A DNA stretch of 63,579 bases, counting the filler, from Dugesia japonica (taxonomy: Eukaryota): the NCBI GenBank assembly GCA_001938525.1. It is 6 parts of 6 records of this genome, joined end to end, with 100 filler letters (N's around TTAATTAATTAA, not from the genome) between each part and the next. Parts side by side here need not be neighbours in the genome. Positions count along the whole stretch, not along the records: positions 32,694 to 43,972 come from MQRL01549289.1; positions 44,073 to 55,189 come from MQRL01470249.1; 4 more parts are not named here. One strand, written 5' to 3'. Positions 39,129 through 50,160 of the stretch are shown here, piece by piece (the stretch's first letter is position 1; each line of letters opens with the position of its first letter). A program made the position numbers and the translations under genes. Under the pieces are notes generated by a model. It did not search any database. It was given only the letters and a program-made list of their open reading frames with translations, and had not been told where the DNA came from.

Positions 39129-39359
39129 TTAAAACTTCTTACATAGACTTTCTTGGAGAATTTTCGTCTTCTTTTCAAAAAATTGAGACAAGTGATGCAC
39201 ATGTGCCTTATAAAACTCTGTGTGTGTACCTACTCCTAATGTAGTGCATGATGGAAAAACAAAATATTTTTCCCCGCAATAAATACGACTGTAGTAATTT
39301 CCCATTATCTCGTGACAGTCTTCGTAATGACTTGAACTTTCACAATAGTTTGTATACAT
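39129..39359 (-). CDS. Small Cys/His-containing ORF upstream of pPolB copy A, unknown (may be the polymerase N-terminus)
   Basis: 76-aa ATG-initiated ORF, same strand as the polymerase, downstream of the AAGGTCA cluster. Confidence 0.3.
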   Translation of the reverse strand: MYTNYCESSSHYEDCHEIMGNYYSRIYCGEKYFVFPSCTTLGVGTHTEFYKAHVHHLSQFFEKKTKILQESLCKKF

Positions 39360-39588
39360 TTTGTAAGTTTCTTAAATAAATAATGTTATTATTTTATTGT
39401 TTATAGAGATTTGTAAAGGGTTATCTAAATAAGGTCAAGGTCATTTAAAAGGTTAAGATCAATAAAAAGGTTAAGGTCATTTGAAAGGCCAAGGTCATTA
39501 AAAGTACAGATAAACTAAAAAACCATTAAAATGTTGAGGTCATTAGTTAGATAATTAAATAAATCGTAGTTATTAAAGCAATAATATT

Positions 39589-39980
39589 AGTAGGTAGATA
39601 GTATTGCACTGTACCACCCACTTCAAGGTCAAATTTTTTCAAGGTCACTGGTACAGTATATTCGATTTTGATTGGTCAATTGTATAAAATACTCGATTCT
39701 GATTGGTTGAAATTTTCAAGGCCATATTATTTTAAGGTCAGTGATATAGTATACTCGATTCTGATTGGTTGAAATTTTCAAGGCCATATTATTTTAAGGT
39801 CAGTGATACAGTATACTCAATTCTGATTGGTGTAATACTCAAGGCCAAATGAAAGTTGATAAAGGTTAAACGAATCTAGGTGAAGGCCTTTTTTCTATGA
39901 CAGCCATTTTTAGATCAATGTCAACTAACATCCGGACAGAATTAATATTATTAAATCTCCACGCAGACTTAATATTTTTT
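39589..39980 (+). mobile_element. Putative Polinton-like terminus, class I, with a 62-bp tandem repeat
   Basis: AGTAGGTAGATAGTATTGCACTGTAC; 62-bp units start at 39689, 39751 and 39813; CTGATTGG in all three, TCAAGGCCA/TAAGGTCA in the two complete units. Confidence 0.6.
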
Positions 39981-42757
39981 GTTTTAATGTTTAAATTGTT
40001 TTTGTTTAAATTAATTGATGTTCATGATTTGTTTAAATTTACTAACTTTTGAGATTTTATTTAAATTAAGTGATTTAATGATTTTTACGGATTTTTCAAA
40101 GAAAATCGATAGGAAGATTTATTTTGTTTAAATTTTCAAATTTTGAAGTGAATTTTCCCTGATCAATATTAACATCAATATTAATCGCTCTGGACAATAT
40201 TAAGATTAGATGCTTCTCAGATTATGTTAAAAATAATATATAAAAACAAATGAAAAGACTATTCAAAACATAGAATTTATTGTTGATAAAACATGAATAA
40301 TCACAGTTTTTATGTACAGTTGTTTAAATTTGGATCTTAATTGTAAATCAGATTTAATAGTACAAATTAATAGGTTTAAATAATAAAATAAATTACCTGT
40401 AAATGTGCTTTTTTTCATAATAATTAAGTTATATCTTTAAGTTAAATCATTAAGTTCAATTAAAATAATTAAATTAAGTAAATATTGTTCAGTTAAACTT
40501 TGATAATATTATGTAGTTTAAATCATTACAATAAAAATCGAAATGAAATTATAATCAAATTAAAATAAAAGCATTAACTTAAAATTATTAAAGAAATTCG
40601 TTAACCTAAAATGTAATCTTAATAAATCTAACCTCTTTCATAAATTCCTTTGTCATATTGTTAAAAAATTACTTTAACACATCATTTATTTTTTCAGTCT
40701 AAAATATAAATCAATAATAATAAATTAATTAATTAAACTTATCATGTTAAAACTTCTCATGATATTTGTTGAAATATTTTTTCTTTGAATTCATTCTGTT
40801 AATATCTAAAATTAAAAAAAGTCATTTAAATAAATTAACAAATAAATATTCACTTATTTTATAATAGTTTTTCAAGGTCATCTACTATTTTATTTATTTA
40901 GTTCAGTTAAACAAAAATAAATAAATAATTTCCATATAATAATAATAATTAATTATCAGTCATTTTTAATTTAATATAGATAAAAAAATTAATTTAATAT
41001 TACTTTAAAATTTATTAAGTAAAAACTTATTAATTAAAATCTCATGGACTTTAAAAACATTTTCAAACCAATAAAATCTTATAAAACTCTATAAGAATAT
41101 ATAAAATTATAAAGATAACTTTTAAAATCCAATAAAATTCTAAAGAAACCTTATAAAAACTTTGATTTATCATTCATATTCATTGTTTCCATTGCATTGA
41201 TGTTGCACAAATATGACTCATTTTCGTTTTAAATTGAATTCATGTTGCATTTTTTTGTTATAAGTCAATAAGTGTCGTATTATCTTTGTAATAGTTTAAT
41301 TTGTGTTGCATTTTCGTTGTAAGTTACATTTTTATTTAAATGTTTAATTTTTTTTTGTTTAAATGAATCGTTGATTCTTGAGGAATTGTAAAATTTGTTT
41401 TACTTTTCTGTTTTTTTTGAATAAAATTTTTTTTAAATGTTTTTTTTTATTTATATTTTTCTTAAATTTTTTTATATTGAACGTTTTTTTTGTTTTTAGA
41501 ATTTATTTATTTGTTTTTTTTATTTCGAAATTTTTTTTTGAAAATATATATATTTTTTGTTTTATAAATTTTTTAATTAACGCATATATCTTCTGGACGC
41601 ATATAACTTTGATACCCTCAATTAATATTAATGTTACTTGAGAAATATTTAGGTTTAACAGGGTGTTTTGTGATTTTCTAGGTTTTGTATGATTTTATAA
41701 TGTTTAATAGACTGTTGTTTTGTTTTATTATGTATTTATAGGGTTTTGATAGATATTTTTTTATTATAAGGTGTTGTAAGGTGTCTATAGGGTTTCTATA
41801 GAGATATATGAGTATTTTTGTGAGATCTTATATATTTTTGTAAACTAATATGAGATTTTATATTGTATTCCGTGTTTCTCTCAAATTTTTTAAAGAGGGT
41901 TTATTTATAGGGTTTATTTGAGCTTTATATGATTTTACAAGGTTTCATATAATCTTATTAAGTACTATCAATTTTATAATAGGTTTTAATCACATAATAA
42001 ACAACTAATACATACTAATACCATGGAAAATACCTATACAACACTGATGCAAGTCAAACAAAGATATTGCAACACGATTGGAACTAGAACAAAGAGCATG
42101 AGTCATACTTGTGCAAGTTAACAAAGACATGATGGGTTTGCAATTAGGAATGGAAGTACACCAAAGGTAGATAACTAAGCAAAAATAAATTTTTTTTGTA
42201 ATTTTTTAGAGATTTATAGGGTAACTATACGGTTTCATATGGTAATTATATGTTGATTACATAAATTTAATAAAGTTTTATATGATTGATATGTTTTAAT
42301 ATGGTTTTCTAAGGTAATTATAAAGTAAGTATAAGTTTAATAGGTAGATATGAGGGCACCAAACCGGGACTCCTGGAGTGGGGTGGAGGATCCCCCGATG
42401 AGTCATACTTTTTTCTCTGTCAGAACAAAGACCATACCCCCCTCACCGAAACACATAACTTAAAAAAAATTATTTGTTTAAATAAATTTTTTTTGTTTAA
42501 ATATTTTTATTTTGTGTTAATAAATTTTTTTTACCAATTTACCAACTAAACTATTTATAATCACAAACCAAAATTATTGAATTTTTTTTTATTTAAATTT
42601 TTTTTTTGGTAATCTTAGTTTATTTGAAATCTTTTGTTTTCGGAAAATTATTTTTATTATTTTTTTGTATTTAAAAATATAATCGAATAACACATCAATG
42701 TGTCTTTATTTAAACTGCTTAACAAATGCATTTCAATATTCTTTTTAGTAGTGAGAC

Positions 42758-43730
42758 ATGTCAGCATGACACCACGGGGGTCCCCCTGGTGCCGTAAGAA
42801 AATTTTTTGGNNNNNNNNTTTTTTGGCGAGAATTTTTTTTGCACCATTCGTCCTAAAATTAAAAAGTAAGATAGGAATGTCTCATGAACTTGTCTCGAAA
42901 AATGCTTCAATTCGCCACAAAAGGTATGTCAGCATGACACCACAAAGGGATTTTTTTGACTTTTTTGTATGTAATTATCATTGTATATAAATATATTTGA
43001 TATCATTAAACGCGCAAAATAAAGCCGCGCAATTTGGTTGATTTAAAATTTTTGTCGGACTGACCCTTGAAATGTTATTAAAGATTTAAGTTCAAGATCA
43101 CCGCCATTTTGAAAGATATTGACTCAAAATTTGTGACAATCTTCCTAAAATTAAATAGTGCCTATACATTACCTAAAACACCTGTATCGAAAAATGCTTC
43201 AATTCGCCACAAAAGGTATGTCAGCATACCACCACGGGGGTCCCCCCTAGTGACGTCCGATTAGGTTGAAAATTTATGAGTAGATGAAAAATTAAAAAGA
43301 AAGATATGAATGTCTCATGAACTTGTATCCTAAAATAATTCCTTCCCCACTAAAATCGCATTTGAATATTATTGCGGATTCGAGTTTTTCGATTGGTGTG
43401 TGCCCAATTTCTATCGTACAACATTAAGTTTGGTATCATATTGTGCGCAATGATAAGCAACGCAAAGTTCCGTGTTTACAATTTGAGTATTGCAAGTGTA
43501 TCAAACGTTATCACATTTTTAAATTTAAATTTGCCGCCATTTTGAAAGATACGGACGCGAAATTTATANNNNNNNNNNNNNNNNNNNNNNNNNNNNNNNN
43601 NNNNNNNNNNNNNNNNNNCGAATCTTCCTAAAATTAAAAACTGTTTATACATCACCTAAAGTACTTGTGCCTTAAAATGCTCCAGTTCGGTGCAAAAAGT
43701 ATGTCAACGTGACACCCCCTCTAGCGGTCG
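42758..43730 (+). repeat. Modular repeat array of an unclassified non-autonomous element
   Basis: AAAATGCTTCAATTCGCCACAAAAGGTATGTCAGCAT(G)ACACCAC at ~42898 and ~43190, variants at 42758 and ~43675; CCGCCATTTTGAAAGATA twice. Confidence 0.65.
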
Positions 43731-43972
43731 GTAGAGAAGAGTTAGAGAAAAAGTAAAGACCTGGTTTTGTTCAGAATTTAATTCTAAGATTAACTACCGA
43801 ATCAGAATTTCGAGTTTCGATGTCGGCTTTTCATCAATTTGCTTTAAAGTTTTAAAAATGGAGCAGAGCCGCCATCTTTGATTTTTTAGGCACCACTCCT
43901 TCAGATGAAATGTAGACAATAGAAATCTACCCATACATTGTACAAAACACAATTTAGAAAAAGTGCTTCATT

Positions 43973-44072
43973 NNNNNNNNNNNNNNNNNNNNNNNNNNNN
44001 NNNNNNNNNNNNNNNNTTAATTAATTAANNNNNNNNNNNNNNNNNNNNNNNNNNNNNNNNNNNNNNNNNNNN
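43973..44072. other. Artificial scaffold linker
   Basis: 44 N + TTAATTAATTAA (44017-44028) + 44 N. Confidence 0.97.
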
Positions 44073-44329
44073 AGAAATGATCGCAGTAAAATTCTTAGCA
44101 GTTTGGTATAAAAATCTTTGAAATCTGAGATATAGAACATATTTTTTTAAACATTTAGACTGTTCACTCAGAATTCCATAAAAATTTTATTTATAAAATT
44201 TAAAATTTTCATATTATTTAAACAACATGAACGGTTAATCCGGATTCCTATAAGACATTCCCATAAAATATTTTTAAAAAACTGAAAAATTTAAACAAAT
44301 TCAACTTTTCACATAATCTTCCTCAAAAT

Positions 44330-45915
44330 TCAACACAAATTGACCAAACTCGAGGAAATGATCACTCACATTCACGTAAAGCTATCACTTGTGAGGAAAT
44401 AATAGACCATGACCAGCCAAAAACCATTCAAAACTAACCACTGTGAGCAAATAATTGACCAATATTACCTAAACCAGGTAAATAATAGACAAAAAGATTT
44501 CAAAACTGATCCATGTTAACCATTTCCGAAGAAATAATTGACAAAATTCACCTCAAAATTACCCTTGTGAGCAAATAATTAACCAAATGTGTCCATACTT
44601 AATAAATAATTGACCAAAATTAGATAAATTGAGTAAAAAATTGACCAAATTGTCAAAAACTGACCCAAATTGACTAATCCCGATGAAAAATTCAACCAAA
44701 TCACCCAAAAGATTATCAACCCAAGGAAAATTTCGACTAAATCATCCAAAAATTACCCAAATTAACCATTCCCAAGGAAACATTTGATCGATTTCACCTA
44801 AAACTGACCAAATTTGCCAAGATTCGACCTCACCGATGAAACAATTTGGCCAATATTACCTAAACCGAGTAAATAATTGTCCAAATTGTTCAAATCTGAT
44901 CCAAAATACGCAATCTCGAGGAAATATTGGACAAAATACACCTGAACCAACCAAAAATTGACCTCATTAAACCTCACTGAGAAAAGCTTCAATCAATTTC
45001 ACCTAAATCACTCAAAAATAGACCAAATGAACGCTTCCCGAGGAAATATTCGAACAAATTACCCATAAATTAGCAATCTGGTGGAAAAAATCAACCAATT
45101 TCAACTAAATCACAAAAAAATTGACTCCATTCGACCCAATCACCAAAAAACTACTAAAAACCGACAAAGTTTGCCTAAACTGTCCATTTCCGAGGAAATA
45201 TTTGACTGATTTCACCTGGACCAACCAAAAATCGACCTCACTAAGTAAATTTCTAAACAAATCGGTAAAAATTACTTAAAACCGACCAAGTTTACCCAAA
45301 CTGACCAAAACCGAGGAAAAATTGGACCCAATTCACCAAAAAATTATCAATCCCGAGGAAAAATTAGATCAATTTCCTCTAAACCAGTCAAAAATTGACG
45401 GCATTTGACCTCACCGAGAAAATTTCTGACCAAATTCACCTGAAATAATCAAAAATTGACCTCACTCCACCTCACCGAATAAATTCCCAACTAAGTACAC
45501 AGAGAAAAACTAACACCAAATTTCCGCTTAAAAGCCTAAAATAATTTCCCAACTTAATACACAGGGAAAAAATAACACCACATTACTACTTAAAAGCCTA
45601 AAAATTTTTCCCAACACAGGAAAAATTAAACACCAGTTAATCTTATTACGTAAACTTTTACCGATGAAATTAATCTTATGACATAATTTGTGTGCAAAGA
45701 AATTTTCCCAACTAAATACACAGGGAAAAATCACCCCAAATTATGTAATAATCTCGCGATGAAATTAATTACATTATGTAATGCACACAAATGTGTGCCG
45801 CCGCCTATTTACATTGGAAAAATACAAAAACACTAATGTAATAATTCAATTACGTAAAGGGGGCGGGGGGGTTACTGAATGTGTGCGTGGTGCGGACTCC
45901 CACTATCCATCTACT
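44330..45915 (-). mobile_element. Repeat element: C/A-rich degenerate minisatellite + TACACAGG repeats + class II terminus
   Basis: AATTGACCAAA/CCGAGGAAA/TTCACC array 44330-45480; minus strand begins AGTAGATGGATAGTGG...ACACATTCAGTAACCCCCCCGCCCC; abrupt junction with hAT coding remnant. Confidence 0.65.
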
Positions 45916-46650
45916 GTGAAGCACCATCAAATAAACGTACTCATATACAACCAAATGGGCGAAATACTAATTTAGGAATATTGTCTTTTGTAAATAGACA
46001 ATCATTAGAAGAAATAATTGCAAGATGTGCTGCAAAAAGACAGAATTTCATTTAATACTATTGTAAAATGTGAAGCTATTTGAGGTTTTGACACTAATTG
46101 AAACTACAAAATACCAGCATCTGTAACTACTATCCGAAATTGTATTATGAAATTTTTCGAGGAATAAAATTTGAAACTATAGCATTTATAAAAAATTGGA
46201 AAAGATTCAAAATTGACAATTACAGTAGAGTGGACGTTAATTTTAAGCGAGATATTATTGCATCAACACATGATGGTGTCAGTTTCATGGTTAAATATTG
46301 ATGAAATATGTCATAATAAAAAAAGATAAACCGTTAAAATAGTTTTCATTAAAATAAGAAAAAGTTGTTGTTGGATATTAAAACTCCATGGAGCAGCCTC
46401 GTTATTTCTATTGAAAGTTTTTTAAAAATAATTGATTCGATTAACAGTGCCTTGGAAAAACTCGGTGTAGAAAAATTTAACAAAGGATACGTAAAGCTGC
46501 TAACAGAAGTTTTTATGATTTTAGAGCCAGTGAAACTGGCCGTGCTCAAATTAAACAAAGCAAAGTTCAAACTTATTAACATCCTGAAAATTCACTACTC
46601 GAATACCCGGGTAGTTGTAATTTTGGTTATTTTGAAACACTAGCCTGCAC
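45916..46650 (+). pseudogene. hAT transposase remnant
   Basis: IIASTHDGVSFMVKY (TxDGAxxM block) and LLDIKTPWSSLVISIESFL...LEPVKLAVLKL (LDxxTRWNS block). Confidence 0.8.
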
Positions 46651-47299
46651 AATCTACTGTTTACATAATAACCAATAAAAATATTTATCAAATAAAATGT
46701 CATCAAGAATAAAAATTATAAGTTTTAAGATCCAATAGGAAGAAGTTGGTCACACTGATCTCTCATTGGTCGCATACTGACTCCTAAATTTTTAATTCTC
46801 CAGTCAGATACGGGCTTAAACTCCTCAGATTTTATATTAACTCAAATTGTTAATAACATTTGTCAATAACGTTCACTAACCAAACTGAATACATTATTTT
46901 ATTATTTCTTTAAAATTTGGACTCTTGAATTCCGTTTTTATGCTTAGTCACAAAATCATCTACGAGAATAACTTCTCATCATTTTAGAACAATTTGTGGG
47001 TGTGTTATAGTTAATCTCAACTTAAATCTTTTAATTTATGACATTTTCATTTTACTTTGACCTTTATTTGTGTTTATTGGCTACTTTTTCACGATACCAA
47101 TTTTTTTCGTACTTGAAGTTTTATAAAAATGTCTGTACATTAATATCTTCACTAAAATCGGTTAGATATGTTTAGCATTTTTTTGAGTAGAAATTATAAT
47201 TGACTGTGATATGTGTTTTAATAATATTAATTAATGAGTGTAGTTTTTAAATAAATTTTAGTAACTTTATTGCTTATGGCGTCACGATCATTGCTGGAG

Positions 47300-47676
47300 G
47301 AACTTATCAACTGGTTAAATAGAAAAAAGATGATTTCCAAGAAATTTCGAATTGTAGAAAATATTTCTATTCATATTATAGAATTTGAAAGATTTATAAT
47401 TGCAATGGAAAAGGTCATATTGCTCGAAATTGTAACAAATCCGGACATATATCTCGATTTTGTCAAGCAGCAAAATAATCCAATATTCAGAAAGAAACAT
47501 TTTAAAGACTCGAAGAAACGAATGACAATTTGAATATTGAATATGATGACGCCAGTTGTTATTTTGAAAAGAAATCTGAAGATAGTAATAATTTTTTCAA
47601 AATTGTTTCAAAAGAAAGAAAAACTGAACAACAAAAGGAAACAAAAAGAAATATCAATTATCTAGATGATATTAAT
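47300..47676 (+). pseudogene. Retrotransposon gag remnant (CCHC knuckles)
   Basis: A frame absent from the ORF track reads YNCNGKGHIARNCNKSGHISRFCQ (~47395-47470): two knuckles telescoped together. Confidence 0.65.
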
Positions 47677-49100
47677 AGTAGGTAGATTGTTGCGCTCTAG
47701 CACAGTAACAATTATCGCGTACCCTCCTAGCGGGAAATCATAACTTTGTGCTAGATTTTTGGTATTGGTCGTCATGGATTTTTTTAAAGATTTATGGGAT
47801 CATACGATTTTTGATCGGGATCATGAAATTTTGATCCCAGTCATAGGGGTGCTGGGGAATTTGATTTTTAAAATTTGTGGGTTTGGGAAGAAGTTGTGTG
47901 TAAATTGAAGTTGGTTAGGTGGAAATGCTGTGCGTGTAAGACTAAAAGAGTTGTCAAATCCATGATGTGGAGATCTTAATTTTAATTGTTTTTGAATTTT
48001 TAAGATATGGGCGTGTTTGAATCAAAATACTGTTTGTATATGATCTAAAGGACTTAAAGAGTTGGATTAATGGTTTGGTCTAAACGGGTAATAGCGCACT
48101 AACATAGCGTATGAGTTATCGAGCCTCGATTTTTTGGAGTGGTATAGGTTTGTGGGTAGTTATTGGATTTTGGTGGTTGATGATTTTTTGGAAAGGTGGT
48201 GTATAATGTATCTGAAGCGAATAAGGGGGAAGTAAATTGAGGACTTTTTAATCGATAATTTGACTGGTTAATTTTTGTAAGCAGTATAATGTGGTTAAAA
48301 AATTTGCCATCCAACGAAAAGTGTATGGTTGGAAAGGCAATCAATTATAGGTAGTTAAAAGATTTAAATAAATTTTTCTGTGGGGTGAAGGTGTAGTTAT
48401 GATTTTTTGAAAAATGATGATTTTATTTAAAATGATGTTTCATTGAAAATAAATGTATATCTTTTTAAGCAGTCTTGATATTTTGCCATGGATGGGGTAG
48501 TCTTAATATTAAAGTACAGTCTAAAGTTTATAGGCACCGGTTGCTGTGTTGCATCCATATTTCATACCAATTGCATTCATTAATAAAAAACATTTATTAT
48601 TTAACTATTTCAAAAAAAGCTTACTAAGTTACTATTTATAAAAACCTTATTAATACACTAATTATTAAGATAAATAAAAGAAAACAATTATCCAGTAAAA
48701 CATTTATTGATAGAAAATTAGTTTTCAAAGTCTTCAGCCATCTGTTGAATATTTTATTTTAATATCTCATAATGAGGCCTGTTTGCATTGCTTGGGAAAT
48801 CCATAGTTCTAGGATAAAATCTTCCATAATGAGGTCTATCTGGATATTTATGTATTAGATGGAACAGTCTTGATATCTATGTATGAGATTGGGGCAGTAT
48901 TGACTTTTAAAAATTTCTTTTCCAAGATATTGGGTAATATTGATTTTTTTGAATTTTTTGGCAGTCTTGATATTTTTGAGTCTTGTTATTTTTGAGATTG
49001 GACAGTTTTGATATTTTGAGATTGGCAGGACTTTGAATTTAGCAAGAGATTAGGCAGTCTTGATATTTTTGTATATGTCCCGGTAATCTAAAATTTAAAT
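47677..49100 (+). mobile_element. Class I terminus followed by G/T-rich low-complexity DNA and a GGCAGTCTTGATAT array
   Basis: AGTAGGTAGATTG at 47677, abutting the gag remnant; repeats of (G)GCAGTCTTGATATTTT at ~48470 and 48860-49075 match the CAGTCTTAATAT motif of 35380-35470 and ~39965. Confidence 0.5.
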
Positions 49101-50160
49101 AATTTAATAAAATTAATAAATTTAAACCTAGCTAACATGATAATTATTCATGATAAAATATTGAGATATTTCCATTATCAAATATATCTTTTAAAAATAT
49201 TTAAAGAGGGGAGTCCACAGATATTTACACTATAAAATAGTCAAATTGGAACTTTTCTTTACAAAATTATAAAACCATAGAACTTATTAAGTATGGAACT
49301 TTTCCAAATTGGGAAATCCATTTATAGTTCTAGGATGAAATCGTCCACAATAAATCCCATAAAATTCATAAAATATCTTAAAATCCTTAAATTTTGAAAC
49401 CCAAGTAACTCGTAAAATATCTTGAAAACGCTCATTACCACCTGAAAATTCATGAAAAAATCTATAAATCTCTAAAAATTCACAAAATACCGATTAAATC
49501 ACAGCAAAAATCCCATATATCCCTTAAAATTCAAGAAATCTTCATAAACCCTAAAATTTCATGAAAATCCTCCTTAACTCATAAATTTCATGAAAAATAC
49601 CACAAGTCCGTTAAAATTCACGAAAACTCCCATTAACCACTAAAAATTTATGAAAAACCCACAAATCTCTGAAAATTCACAAAATCCATATCAAACTATT
49701 AAAAAAATTCATATAAAATCGAATTAATTAAATTAATTAATTTTCTTTCTCGAGAAATTTTGATGTTACCAATGATATTATTTTATTTTAAGTTAATTAC
49801 TTTGATGAAATGATTAACACTCAACTCAGATTAAAAAGTTACTTATACATTATCTAAAATAAGAGAAAAAAGTTTCCTTAAAAAATTAAATTATAATGAT
49901 AATATATAATGATAATATTTTATCACGATTCAACTTAGAATTAAAAACTACTTATACATAGTCTAAAGTACTTATACCTAAAAATGTACCGTTTAGAACA
50001 TAATATATAATGATAATAGTTATATGATAATATTATATATTTTAATTTATATAATGATAATATTTTGCCACCACCCGACGCAGAATTAAAAGCTACCTAT
50101 ACATTATATAAAGGACTAGTACCTATAAACGCTGGCTTCACAGTGAAAATGGGCACTCAC

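Noticed and set aside
35380-39980. Inverted pair 35380-35676 / 39589-39980 as the two TIRs of one element enclosing pPolB copy A and the IL-17-like gene
   Set aside because: The AGTAG tips face each other, so each element would extend outward. The two copies are too diverged for paired TIRs, and several N-gaps intervene
40880-40886. ATCTACT after TCAAGGTC as the partner end of the 39589 terminus
   Set aside because: Only 7 bp match, no subterminal homology, and flanks AATATT vs ATTTTT are not a TSD
39689-45480. CRISPR-like repeat-spacer arrays in the 62-bp tandem, the 42758-43730 modules or the 44330-45480 array
   Set aside because: Units are degenerate tandem or modular repeats without constant repeats and unique equal-length spacers; eukaryotic context and no cas genes
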